Source: a virus. Taken from it: 64,000 bases of DNA. The DNA is taken from positions 1 to 64,000 of IMG/VR virus record IMGVR_UViG_3300030118_007055, one strand, 5' to 3'. The position numbers were made by a program, and so were the translations under genes. Of this stretch, positions 54,513-64,000 are shown in pieces; position 1 is the stretch's first letter, and every line of letters begins with the position of its first letter. The notes beneath the pieces were generated by a model. It was not told the origin of the DNA and did no database searches. It saw nothing but the letters and a program-made list of their open reading frames with translations.

Positions 54513-55572
54513 TGCTTAACACTAACGAAGTTTTTATTTCATTCTTAGTGAAGCATGAATTGTTCTTATCTATAAATTCTAAGATTTTTTGAAATTGTTT
54601 AGGTTGGTCTACGCTATCATAGTACCAATTTTTAAGTTCAAAATCGTCTAAATTAGCATCACCAAAATCATTATAAGGTTTTGGCGGCATTTTTATACTT
54701 AAATTTTGTAAATCAAAGTATTTCGATAATTTTAAATAATTTTTAACAGCTGCAATATGTCCTCTATTTTGCGAACTATGGTCATCATTATTAGTACAAA
54801 TATAGATATTGTTGACACACTTACTGCTAAGAAAATTAATAATATTGTTGTTAACGCATAAGCCAAATATGACAAGCACGTTCTTAATATTTTGTTCATA
54901 AAGGGCAAGAGCATCTCCTATACTTTCTACTAATATTACTGTTTTATTTTGTTCAATGGCCTCGTTAACGCCTGTTTTTACATTGAATGCAGGGTAAACC
55001 CAATTATTTCTTCTTCCTATGTGCTTCCACTTTGGATAATTATTGTCGTTATCAACTTTTCTTCCAGAAAATCCTATAATTTGTTTATGTTCATTATATA
55101 TTGGAAAAACCATTCGTCGATACATTTTTCCCACACCTGCTAAACCAACATCAAAGAGTTGTTGGGTTGCCTCAGATATCTTCCTATCATTATAAAATTT
55201 ATAATTAGGAAATAATTTTTCTAAAGATTTTGCAGGGTAAACTTTTTCCATTTCTATAGTCTGCTTTTTTACATATTGTTCTACAGTACCAGACTTAATT
55301 TTTGAAATGATTGAGCTATAATCCTCATTTCTTAATGATGCAGTAGCCCTAACAAGTGATTCAAAGGGTTGAGAACCTTTATTTTGGACAAAATCCATCC
55401 AAACTCCTGTATTTTTATATATTTTTACAGCAGTTTTATTATCTCCATTTCTATATAGAGCTTGAGTTCTCCAGTGATCACCGCAATCTATAAGATTGTA
55501 ACCCAAAGACTCTAAGGTTTGTTGAAAATCATCCGAGCTGATCAAAGTCTGGTATTTCTTGTTGCTGTCCAT
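54499..55572 (-). CDS. dnaG: DnaG-like primase
   Basis: RMVFPI..IIGFSGR..PKW; Toprim LVESIGD, NND. Confidence 0.82.
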   Translation of the reverse strand: MDSNKKYQTLISSDDFQQTLESLGYNLIDCGDHWRTQALYRNGDNKTAVKIYKNTGVWMDFVQNKGSQPFESLVRATASLRNEDYSSIISKIKSGTVEQYVKKQTIEMEKVYPAKSLEKLFPNYKFYNDRKISEATQQLFDVGLAGVGKMYRRMVFPIYNEHKQIIGFSGRKVDNDNNYPKWKHIGRRNNWVYPAFNVKTGVNEAIEQNKTVILVESIGDALALYEQNIKNVLVIFGLCVNNNIINFLSSKCVNNIYICTNNDDHSSQNRGHIAAVKNYLKLSKYFDLQNLSIKMPPKPYNDFGDANLDDFELKNWYYDSVDQPKQFQKILEFIDKNNSCFTKNEIKTSLVLSNEHS

Positions 55573-57049
55573 CTGTATTTAACTCAATGTCGCCATTTAA
55601 TACACGAGCTATATCTCTCAAGTCGCCCCTTTCGGTGATATTAAAATTATTAAAATCTAAATTAATTGAATTTTTTCTCAAGGTATCGCCAACTCTAACA
55701 GGCTCTACAGCGCCAGCTATGTCATTTCCTAAATGTCTAGATTTTACGTTTATCAGCTTGTGAGTGCCAAAAGATGCGCCCTCCCTCTCTATTTCATCAG
55801 CAGTTTTGTTTCTTAATATAAACATGTGCGAACAGAACTGTGTAATCCTATCAGATAATGAAACAACTGATTCATCATCTACTATTGTATCTGAGTTTCG
55901 GTTATTTGTTATACCATACCTATTGGATTGAACTGAAGTAATCATAGGAATAATTGGCTCGCTATCATACAAAATTTCTTTCTGAACGCATTTTTTAAAC
56001 TTATCGACCATCTCTCCAACGATTTGCCACTCTGATTTATTCATCATGGATTCAGAAGTTGTTTTAATGTAATCAAAAGAAAAAATCATCTGATTACCTC
56101 TACCAACTTTAGAATAATAAAATCTTTTTAAAGTATTTATCATTGAATCTACATCCATACCTCCCACATTGTAATAGTAAAATTTTAAATCTTTTACTTT
56201 GGCCCAAACTGATCTAACTTTATCTACAACTGTTTTACCAGCCTGTCGCCACTTACCACTCTCTAATAAATGCATGGGTATGTTTGAGAGAGCGGAGCAT
56301 TGTCTCATAATAAGCTCCTCTTTGCTCATCTCTCCGTTATCAAAATGCAAGACGGGAACATTATATTTTAGACTAACTTTAGTGCAATAATCCATACAAA
56401 ACTGAGTTTTACCAACTCCAGATCTAGCAACAACAACAGTTATATTTCCAGGTCTTAATAAAGATCCATATATGTCATTGATTTTCTCATGAGGACCAAA
56501 CATGCCAAACTCCGTAACAGGATTGTTACCTCTATCCTCAATAAGATTTTCCATGTCATCATATATGTTGACAGGAATGTCATTGCCGATCTCATATAAA
56601 TTTATTTTTGAATTATAAATTTTATCAGCCGCCTCGATAATATCTGCGTAAGATGTCTCAGGAGACATCCCCTTCATCTTTTTAGCTATAGTATTTGATG
56701 ATTTAAGTATCTCGCGTCTAATTGAATACTTTTTAAGTTCCTTAGCAGTTTTTATTGTATTTCCAGAAGGAACTTTTCTTAGACATAAAGACTTTATATA
56801 GTCTGATGGATTTAGATTGTCTTCAAATGATATACCTACTTCATTAACTCTTTGAGCTATAATAATTTCATCGACATCCTCGCCCGCATTTACAGCTTGC
56901 TCTATAATTCTAAATATAGTGCTATTTAACGATGACTGTTCAGAGTAAAAATCTGAAACACTTATAAAGTTGCATATTTCTGTTAACGCTTGAGGCTCTT
57001 TTAACAAACCTGCTAAAAGCTGTTTTTCTAATTCGTAAGAGTATATCAT
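55529..57049 (-). CDS. dnaB: DnaB-like replicative helicase
   Basis: ARSGVGKT, EMS, FDYIK, VQSNR, KSR. Confidence 0.88.
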   Translation of the reverse strand: MIYSYELEKQLLAGLLKEPQALTEICNFISVSDFYSEQSSLNSTIFRIIEQAVNAGEDVDEIIIAQRVNEVGISFEDNLNPSDYIKSLCLRKVPSGNTIKTAKELKKYSIRREILKSSNTIAKKMKGMSPETSYADIIEAADKIYNSKINLYEIGNDIPVNIYDDMENLIEDRGNNPVTEFGMFGPHEKINDIYGSLLRPGNITVVVARSGVGKTQFCMDYCTKVSLKYNVPVLHFDNGEMSKEELIMRQCSALSNIPMHLLESGKWRQAGKTVVDKVRSVWAKVKDLKFYYYNVGGMDVDSMINTLKRFYYSKVGRGNQMIFSFDYIKTTSESMMNKSEWQIVGEMVDKFKKCVQKEILYDSEPIIPMITSVQSNRYGITNNRNSDTIVDDESVVSLSDRITQFCSHMFILRNKTADEIEREGASFGTHKLINVKSRHLGNDIAGAVEPVRVGDTLRKNSINLDFNNFNITERGDLRDIARVLNGDIELNTDGQQQEIPDFDQLG

Positions 57050-57291
57050 TCTTCGTCATCTTGAGATCGCTTTTCTACAGTAGAACTCTCAAGAAAATCT
57101 TGCAAGCATTTACTTAGTGCAAGCTCAGTCATTGCACAATCAAATTTTCTGTATATTAAAGGCTTACCATTCTCAGATGAAACCGCCATTATAATTCCTT
57201 TGTATTTATCCGCGCCGCCTGAAAGCTCATATAGTTTATCAACCATCTCGCTTGGTATATGAAAATCACTTTCTTCATCTTCAATATTCAT
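57046..57291 (-). CDS. hypothetical protein
   Basis: 81-aa ORF in operon. Confidence 0.65.
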   Translation of the reverse strand: MNIEDEESDFHIPSEMVDKLYELSGGADKYKGIIMAVSSENGKPLIYRKFDCAMTELALSKCLQDFLESSTVEKRSQDDEE

Positions 57292-57695
57292 AGGTATATA
57301 TCTTGATTTTTAAATAATGATGCCTGTATCTCATCTTGAGGATAAACCTCTGCTAACTTTATGCCATTTGCTTGACAGAAATCAAGTTTCTTTTCATCCC
57401 TTTTTAGTTGGTCAGAATACTTAAAGTGATTTTTATGAAAAAATTTAACATACTTTGTATGTTGTGCGCCTTGAACTTCAACAGCAATTTTTTTATTGGC
57501 GTTATAAAAATCTAAAGTTAATCTAGTCCCTACAACTCTGAACTCCTCAAAAACAATATCGTTCTGCCAATATTCAAAAAGAAATTTCTTAACCTTTGTT
57601 TGAAATTTGCTACGACTAGGTTTATGCCAATCTATTAAATATTTTTTTGCGTTTTTAAGATTTCTTTGTTTACCATATTGATCAACAAACTTCAT
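57288..57695 (-). CDS. Vsr/DUF559-like endonuclease
   Basis: LDFY..KIAVEVQGAQH...QLKRDEKK. Confidence 0.75.
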   Translation of the reverse strand: MKFVDQYGKQRNLKNAKKYLIDWHKPSRSKFQTKVKKFLFEYWQNDIVFEEFRVVGTRLTLDFYNANKKIAVEVQGAQHTKYVKFFHKNHFKYSDQLKRDEKKLDFCQANGIKLAEVYPQDEIQASLFKNQDIYL

Positions 57696-58801
57696 GACGT
57701 TATTTGCTGTTTAAAGTAATCAATTAAAAATTTGCAAAGTTTTTCATCTTCATCAAGAACTTTAAATAGATTGTTATCTCCTTGAATTTGCTCAGGAAAC
57801 TCTAATTTATTATCATTTAATAAATCTTTGAAATCATCTGTAGGTTTAATCCAAGATCCTTTTTTTTCTACAAAGTCCCAAGCATAAAGTAAATCAACTA
57901 CCTCTTTTTCAATCCATATAGAGTTACCACCAGATCTATTATACCTAACAGGATAACTTAAAGTGACATTTGATTTTTCATTAGGAGATTTAGCTATTAA
58001 AACCTTTGCAAAATGACCGATGATTGGATTTTTTCTCTCATCAATAGTTTTTAAACTTGGGTTATGAAGAATCAAATCGGCTTTATACCTAGGTTGAAAC
58101 TGTATGCAAGTATTAGCATAATGCTGTAAAGCATATCCACCTGTAGCTACAGATTGTCTAGGCGGCTCTTTAGAATATTGATCTCTCATTTCTGATCTTA
58201 CCTGACTAATAAAAATAGCCATGTGACCTCTCTTGCCTAAAGCTATACTAGTTTGAGCACACCATCTAGCTGCAATGGACGCTCCAGAGGCTATTTTAGC
58301 AAACTCTTCAAAACCTTTAGATGCGTCATTTTTTGCCGTTAATCCATCAACAGAATCTAATATAAAACAATATTTTTGTGGGTTTTTTACATTATCTATA
58401 AGCTGCTTGATACAAGTCATAGCTGTTTCATAGATGTTGGTTTCTAAAACAAAGCAAGTGCCATCTACCCACTCATCTGCTGACCAAACAAACTTTACAC
58501 CTGATCTTTCCCTTATTTCTGGAGCGAGTCTACCTTCAGCTTTAATATACAAACCTCTTGGCTTCTCTACAGTCTTTAAAAAATTTTTCATTACTTCCAA
58601 AGCTTCAGAGGTTTTACCTCCCTCAGTCAGCCCAGTAAAACGATGTAATCCAGGTCCAAAGCCTCCATTCATGCAAAGGTCAAACTGCAAAGATCCACTA
58701 GAGACTTTGTAATCGTACTCTTTTTCAAAGTTATAATGATCGCTTTTGTTTGATTTCAAAAAATTACCAAGAATATCGTTTGGGTCTGGTCCTTCACTCA
58801 T
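57692..58801 (-). CDS. recA: RecA/UvsX-like recombinase
   Basis: SSGSLQFD, GLTEGGKT, ILDSVDGL, FISQVR, TGGYALQH. Confidence 0.85.
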   Translation of the reverse strand: MSEGPDPNDILGNFLKSNKSDHYNFEKEYDYKVSSGSLQFDLCMNGGFGPGLHRFTGLTEGGKTSEALEVMKNFLKTVEKPRGLYIKAEGRLAPEIRERSGVKFVWSADEWVDGTCFVLETNIYETAMTCIKQLIDNVKNPQKYCFILDSVDGLTAKNDASKGFEEFAKIASGASIAARWCAQTSIALGKRGHMAIFISQVRSEMRDQYSKEPPRQSVATGGYALQHYANTCIQFQPRYKADLILHNPSLKTIDERKNPIIGHFAKVLIAKSPNEKSNVTLSYPVRYNRSGGNSIWIEKEVVDLLYAWDFVEKKGSWIKPTDDFKDLLNDNKLEFPEQIQGDNNLFKVLDEDEKLCKFLIDYFKQQITS

Positions 58802-59141
58802 TTAAAAAATCTCTAACTGTTTTTTTATTATATTTAATATTGGCATCTTTACCAACCTTATCGCCAATACTATACTTCGGATATTTTGAAAAGTCTACCT
58901 TAAAATTAAAAGCTCTAAATTTTTCATCTAAAGTTTCTGTCAATTTGGGACTAGTCAAATAAGCTAAAGAGTCAAATTTTTTTGGAAAGCTTACCTCGCA
59001 CATAAACTCTTGTGAATATCTATCACATAGATCATTTAAAAGCTTCATTTCGCGAGAAAAAAAAGGTCTACGACCCTTTTCAGGAACTTCTAAAAGCTTA
59101 AATAATATTTCTCTTTTATTTAGCTTAAATTTTTTACTCAC
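58794..59141 (-). CDS. hypothetical protein
   Basis: 115-aa ORF in operon. Confidence 0.65.
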   Translation of the reverse strand: MSKKFKLNKREILFKLLEVPEKGRRPFFSREMKLLNDLCDRYSQEFMCEVSFPKKFDSLAYLTSPKLTETLDEKFRAFNFKVDFSKYPKYSIGDKVGKDANIKYNKKTVRDFLNE

Positions 59142-59143
59142 TA

Positions 59144-60208
59144 CTAAAGATTTAATTCTTTCAAATCTTTGTCAATCATTTTTTTAACAAGGTTTTGAAA
59201 TGAACTATTAGGCTTCCAATTTAACTCATTCCTAGCTCTAGCAGAATCACCCCAAAGAGCGCCAACCTCGGCTGGTCTATAAAATTTTGGATCAACCTCC
59301 ACTAATAGATCATCACCATGAAAATATTTAGCGTCTTCTTTAGTTCCTTCCCACCTACACATTGATCTATGAAAACCAGCGACATTGAAAGCTTCCTCGA
59401 CAAACTCTCTAATAGTGTGTGTTTCATTAGATGAAAGCACATAGTCATTAGGAGTTTTTTTAACTGCATCAGTTAAGTGCTTTTCTTGGTTTAGCATTCT
59501 CCAAACGCCGTCCATAAAATCTTCAGCATCACTCCAATCTCTAGTAGATTCAATATTACCTAATCTTAAAGGTTCAAAACTTTTTTTATCTGTATAGTCT
59601 TTAGATATTCTTGCTACATTTTTAGTTATTTTTCTTGTAACAAATTCCTCACCTCTTCTATCGCCTTCATGATTGAATAACCAACCTTGAACAGCATAAA
59701 TATTAAAAGATTCTCTATATACTTTAACTATATGTCTGGCTGAGCATTTTGAAGCTCCATAGGGGCTTCTAGGTCTTAAAGGGTGATTTTCATTTTGAGG
59801 TTCAAATACAATATCTCCAAATTCTTCAGAACTTCCCGCGTTGTAATAGCGACACTGCGGGCAATGCCTTTTTATAGATTCTAGTTGATGTAAAACTGCA
59901 ATTGAATTAGTTTGAATATGATTTAGTGGCATATCCCAACTACTACCTACAAATGAATTTGCGGCAAAATTTATAAAGTAATATGGCTTATATTTTTCTA
60001 TAACTTTATCTATATTTTGAGCGTCGGTTACATCTAAGTCTGCTAAAATAAATCTTGGGTTTTCAAGTAGGTTTTTTATATTTATGTGATTTTTAACACT
60101 TAATCTTCTAACTCCTCCAATAATAGTAAAATCTGTATTTTTTAGAAGATAGTCTGCCATTAAACTACCATCTTGACCTGTCACACCTGTTATAATTATT
60201 GTTTTCAT
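59144..60208 (-). CDS. gmd: GDP-mannose 4,6-dehydratase
   Basis: ITGVTGQDGS, SPYGASK, FVTRKI, RDW, YRPAEV. Confidence 0.93.
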   Translation of the reverse strand: MKTIIITGVTGQDGSLMADYLLKNTDFTIIGGVRRLSVKNHINIKNLLENPRFILADLDVTDAQNIDKVIEKYKPYYFINFAANSFVGSSWDMPLNHIQTNSIAVLHQLESIKRHCPQCRYYNAGSSEEFGDIVFEPQNENHPLRPRSPYGASKCSARHIVKVYRESFNIYAVQGWLFNHEGDRRGEEFVTRKITKNVARISKDYTDKKSFEPLRLGNIESTRDWSDAEDFMDGVWRMLNQEKHLTDAVKKTPNDYVLSSNETHTIREFVEEAFNVAGFHRSMCRWEGTKEDAKYFHGDDLLVEVDPKFYRPAEVGALWGDSARARNELNWKPNSSFQNLVKKMIDKDLKELNL

Positions 60209-60211
60209 AAA

Positions 60212-61123
60212 TTACTTATGATTAATATATCTTTTATTATAAGTTTTTCTAATGCCTTCCTCTAAAGATTTAAAAGTAAATGTCGGAAATTTTTGTAAAA
60301 ACTTTTTTGAACAAGCATCTTTACGAATTTGGCCATCAGGCTTGCTTGTGTCCCAAACTATTTCCAAATCATTAACATCTAAAGATTTCATAGCTATTGC
60401 TGCTATTTCTCTAATATAATGATTTTCAGGGTTACATACATTGTAAAGAAATGGACGCTGTTCATTTATTAATAATGAAATAGCTTTAGCTAAATCATCA
60501 GCATACATAAACTGTCTAAAAACACACCCTGTTCCAAAAAGAGTAATTTGTTTATGATCGTTAACTTTAGCTTGATGTATTTTGTGTATCAAACTTGATA
60601 CAAAATGAGCTTTATCTCCTTCAAAATGATCATGTTCAGAGTATAAATTACATGGTATTACAGAACTATAATTAGTTCCGTATTGTTTGTTATATGCGTC
60701 GATTTGCACTGACATAGATCTTTTTGCGTATCCGTATGCAAAATTACTTTTGGTTGGCGGCCCTGAATGCAATTGATCTTCCGTCAACGGATAATTCGTT
60801 ACATGATCAGGATATATGCAAGTGCTTAAAACTGATATTAAGTTTTTGCATCCACTTTGATAAGCATATCTTATAACGTTTGTATTTATTAAAACATTAT
60901 CATCAAAAAAAGTGGCGGGATTGTTTATATTATCCATTATACCGCCAACTTTAGCAGCTAAATGTATTATCAGATCTGGTTTTAAATCATTAAAAAGATT
61001 TTTAACTAATTTTTGATCTGTTAAATCACAATCTTTACTAGAAAGATATATTGCATCTGGTAGGTATTGTTTTAAATGTTTACCCACCATACTAGAGCCT
61101 CCTGTAACTAAAATTTTACTCAT
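60212..61123 (-). CDS. fcl: GDP-L-fucose synthase
   Basis: HLAAKVGGI, STCIYP, YGYAKR, PCNLY, KPDG. Confidence 0.9.
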   Translation of the reverse strand: MSKILVTGGSSMVGKHLKQYLPDAIYLSSKDCDLTDQKLVKNLFNDLKPDLIIHLAAKVGGIMDNINNPATFFDDNVLINTNVIRYAYQSGCKNLISVLSTCIYPDHVTNYPLTEDQLHSGPPTKSNFAYGYAKRSMSVQIDAYNKQYGTNYSSVIPCNLYSEHDHFEGDKAHFVSSLIHKIHQAKVNDHKQITLFGTGCVFRQFMYADDLAKAISLLINEQRPFLYNVCNPENHYIREIAAIAMKSLDVNDLEIVWDTSKPDGQIRKDACSKKFLQKFPTFTFKSLEEGIRKTYNKRYINHK

Positions 61124-61730
61124 TTATAGGATCTCTCACTAAGGGTTGAGAAAGGTTTTTTCTAATCACTTCTTGTTTTATACTTGGGCATTCAGCTCCT
61201 AAGTCATGTATTAAATCATAAAAAAGAATTAAACTTAAAACTTCAACCGTATGAAAGTACTTACAATTCAAATTAATCTCATTTACAGCGTCTTCCAAAA
61301 TACCTCTTGACTGTCCAGAGATCATTGCTGTTTTAAAATTATTTTCTAAAGCCCAGTGACAACATGATATCACATTTTTAGAACTTCCTGAACAAGATAA
61401 TCCTATTATCATGGATTTTTTACTCATTTTGCCGCTATTTTTTTGCAATTCAAGCCATCTTAAAAATAAATGATTATACCCGTAATCATTAGCTATGCTA
61501 GTCATTAAACATTGACTTTCCATAGCGCTAACTGATTTTTTAATTCCTGCTTTTACAAAAAGTCTAGTGCAATCGTCAGCAGCGTGATTAGCTACCGCCC
61601 ACAAACCTCCATTTGCGACTAAGTATATGTCATCGCTTTTTTTAAAATCTTCAGTTAATTTTTTCCACTCAAGGCTATTAAGAGTCGTATCAAATTTATT
61701 TTCTATATTTTCAAAATCAATATGCCTCAT
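61116..61730 (-). CDS. SIS-domain sugar isomerase (GmhA-like)
   Basis: ANGG, TSIANDYGY, GLSCSGSSKNV. Confidence 0.75.
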   Translation of the reverse strand: MRHIDFENIENKFDTTLNSLEWKKLTEDFKKSDDIYLVANGGLWAVANHAADDCTRLFVKAGIKKSVSAMESQCLMTSIANDYGYNHLFLRWLELQKNSGKMSKKSMIIGLSCSGSSKNVISCCHWALENNFKTAMISGQSRGILEDAVNEINLNCKYFHTVEVLSLILFYDLIHDLGAECPSIKQEVIRKNLSQPLVRDPINE

Positions 61731-61737
61731 GATAAGA

Positions 61738-62889
61738 TTATATACTTTTTTTAATTATTTCTAAACTTTGTTCAACTTCAATTTCTTTTACTGCTAAATT
61801 TGGCCTCATTCTAATTGAATTTTTTCCAGTAGGGTTACATAGCATGCCATTTAAAAATAATTTTTTATAAAATTTATCTCTTAAAACTTTAGACTCAAAA
61901 TCAAAGGCTAATAATAAACCTTTAGATCTTACATTATGTATATCTTTAATTTGCGATAACTGTGTAGTTAGAATCTTTCCCATTTTAGTAGCGTTTTCTT
62001 TTAGTTTGTTTTTTTTAATTGCTTTGATTATATAGTGGCATCTTATCATATCTATAAGATCGCCATCAAATGTTACGGACAATTTCTTTGGCATTTCAAA
62101 AACTTTAGAATGAGATTCTTTTACCATTATGCCAGAAACTTGTGATTTTTTGCCAAAAACTACAATATCAGGAAAAACTTCTAAATGTTCAAAATACCAA
62201 GTTTTACCTGTGCTACAAAAGCCTGTTTGAACTTCATCAAAAATCAATGGCACATTTTTCTCTTTGCATTTTTTGTAAAGAGATTGTAATTGATTTTTAT
62301 CTAGATAATTATCTCCAAAAGTGGATTGTATAGGTTCTACTAGAACTCCCTGAACTTTATCGTTATCATTTATAGCATTTATAGCTTCATCTATGGATGA
62401 GGCATGAATTTGTTTATCATGATAATCTCGAAAAATATCACCAAGCCTCTCATCCACTGCTGCGAAACGCGTTGTTAAAAAATTACCAACTGAATTAATA
62501 CCATGAAAGCTATTTGCTATTGAAATAATTTTGGCATCTGGATCTGGATTTTTATGCCACATGGCAGTTTTTACAGCCGCCTCATTTGCTAAACCTCCAG
62601 TACAAGTAAAGTGATAATTTTTGTAAACATCTAAACATGTAAACTCTTTAAAACATTTATAAAACTTATCAAACTCATCAGATAAAATTTCGCAATTAAC
62701 TAATTTAAGTTTGCAAGCTCTACTAATATCTTTTTTAAACTGTCTATTTTTAAATATTCTATGATTGTAACCAAGAGGAAGCGATGAATACATCCCCATA
62801 AAATCTAAATATTTTTTTTTAGTAGTTTTATCATAAATATAACTACCTTTGCTTTTGTCAAAATTTATTTTGATGTTAAATAAACTCAT
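61738..62889 (-). CDS. class III PLP aminotransferase (lysine 6-aminotransferase-like)
   Basis: MYSSLPLGYNH, SFHG, VEPIQ, FDEVQTG, FGKKSQV, TFDGD. Confidence 0.85.
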   Translation of the reverse strand: MSLFNIKINFDKSKGSYIYDKTTKKKYLDFMGMYSSLPLGYNHRIFKNRQFKKDISRACKLKLVNCEILSDEFDKFYKCFKEFTCLDVYKNYHFTCTGGLANEAAVKTAMWHKNPDPDAKIISIANSFHGINSVGNFLTTRFAAVDERLGDIFRDYHDKQIHASSIDEAINAINDNDKVQGVLVEPIQSTFGDNYLDKNQLQSLYKKCKEKNVPLIFDEVQTGFCSTGKTWYFEHLEVFPDIVVFGKKSQVSGIMVKESHSKVFEMPKKLSVTFDGDLIDMIRCHYIIKAIKKNKLKENATKMGKILTTQLSQIKDIHNVRSKGLLLAFDFESKVLRDKFYKKLFLNGMLCNPTGKNSIRMRPNLAVKEIEVEQSLEIIKKSI

Positions 62890-63262
62890 GCGACATAAGA
62901 TCTTTCATACAATTTTTCCAACTTTCAAATCTAAATGATTTGTCATCTACATAAAATACAGCCCTTGGTTTTTCTGAAGTTACGCTAGTAACAAAACAAT
63001 CTAATTTATATTTTTTTAACCAGTCCCAAATCAACTCATCTCCTGTTTTATTGTTGATAAGCATGCGGTCTTTCCTAGCTTTTGCGCTAAAAATTATTAT
63101 TTGATACTTCTCAGATAGCTTTTTTAAAGCATCGTAAACGCCCTCCACTGGTTCGTCATATACAGTCCCATCATAAAAACCTTTTGAATTTTTATGAATT
63201 ACTCCGTCAAAATCTATTCCAACTTGATATGTTTCGTCAGGAAATGAGTGTTCTCTAATCAC
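62876..63262 (-). CDS. small HAD-family phosphatase
   Basis: IDFDGVI, SAK, EKP..YVDDK. Confidence 0.75.
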   Translation of the reverse strand: MIREHSFPDETYQVGIDFDGVIHKNSKGFYDGTVYDEPVEGVYDALKKLSEKYQIIIFSAKARKDRMLINNKTGDELIWDWLKKYKLDCFVTSVTSEKPRAVFYVDDKSFRFESWKNCMKDLMSHEFI

Positions 63263-63998
63263 TTGAATCAGCTGGGTAAATGTGATTAATATCTTCTCTG
63301 TTTACGGCTAATCTTATAGACTGTTCAGATCCTATAGCAGTTATTTTATGGTGTTTATATCGCTCAATAAATACAATATCGCCTTGTTTTACAGTCATAG
63401 TTTCGCCATCAACAAACCACTCCCATTCACCTTTTACTATGTACCACCACTCATCCCAGTCACTATGATAGTGTAAACGATTTCCCTCTCCAGGCATTTG
63501 CGCTATGAGCGTAACACAAGTTGATTTAGAGTTTATTAATGTATGAGACCAAAACTTATCTTTTGGATTATTATCTATTATTTGTTTTATAGAAGCTACA
63601 TCTTTATTAAAATTATCCATGTTGTTATTATCCGTAACACCATCCTCTAATAAAACTCTTAATCTATCATTATCATAAACTTCTCCAGCTTGATAATATT
63701 GCACTTTAAAATTTTCTTTTGATTTTAGATAACGAGCAGTTATCTCAGCTAATTGAAAATCCTCCTCAGTGTCTATGTCTATAGTAGAGTAACCTTTTAA
63801 GGTAAAATATCCAACTTTGCCATCTCCCCCATGATAAGCCGCGTTATATTTTTTCATATTTTCTAAAAAATTAGACTTATCCCAACCCATTAAAGAGCAA
63901 GCGTAAGTTTTTATAGGTTCTAATTCTTGAGACGGAGGCGTTACTTTTTGTTTATCAAAGTTTATAGAAGTGCCTTGATACAGAGACTCTATTTGTTG
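63255..63998 (-). CDS. NeuA/KdsB-like cytidylyltransferase fused to a cupin domain (5' end outside window)
   Basis: frame open to window edge (..PPSQELEP..), IDIDTEEDFQLAE, then HYH..DEWWYIVKG...HKI cupin. Confidence 0.75.
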   Translation of the reverse strand, partial: QQIESLYQGTSINFDKQKVTPPSQELEPIKTYACSLMGWDKSNFLENMKKYNAAYHGGDGKVGYFTLKGYSTIDIDTEEDFQLAEITARYLKSKENFKVQYYQAGEVYDNDRLRVLLEDGVTDNNNMDNFNKDVASIKQIIDNNPKDKFWSHTLINSKSTCVTLIAQMPGEGNRLHYHSDWDEWWYIVKGEWEWFVDGETMTVKQGDIVFIERYKHHKITAIGSEQSIRLAVNREDINHIYPADSSD

Positions 63999-64000
63999 AT

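Noticed and set aside
47092-64000. Bacterial chromosomal DNA (clpC, dnaE, dnaB, recA, gmd)
   Set aside because: Genes are divergent, tightly overlapped, share the phage promoter patterns and are continuous with tail modules.
1-64000. Stop-codon reassignment
   Set aside because: Long genes are intact under code 11 and all three stop codons end coupled genes.

Overview
A 64-kb, AT-rich segment of a large tailed dsDNA phage with a lambda-type (siphovirus) tail tip; an embedded lipoprotein gene suggests a Gram-negative host. No rRNA, tRNA, CRISPR, IS element or integrase was seen. (1) 1-11.4 kb is an early/host-takeover region of small genes (DUF932, Gp88-like, RuvB-like, YubB-like, DenV-like). 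Its first 5 kb is divided into promoter-gene(s) cassettes by four copies of a 77-bp element with fixed geometry (27-bp palindrome, 23-bp GC-rich spacer, 27-bp palindrome); one cassette carries a ~370-nt ORF-free, heavily structured RNA-like segment. (2) 11.4-24 kb holds accessory genes, a 1555-aa virion protein with nested carbohydrate-binding-like modules, and a lysis cluster that also contains a pyrophosphatase and a SET-domain gene. (3) 24-39 kb is the gpL/gpK/gpI/gpJ-like tail tip plus a 2259-aa fibre. (4) 39-64 kb, almost all minus strand, encodes glycosyltransferases, a His/Met repeat protein with a probable -1 frameshift extension, a ClpC-like ATPase, a three-gene Pol III alpha (PHP / exonuclease / catalytic core), exonuclease, primase, DnaB, RecA and a nucleotide-sugar cluster running off the end. 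Two promoter classes are visible: sigma70-type promoters that would give leaderless mRNAs, and a GTGTAA motif in front of probable late genes. All product calls come from motif recognition by eye, not database searches.
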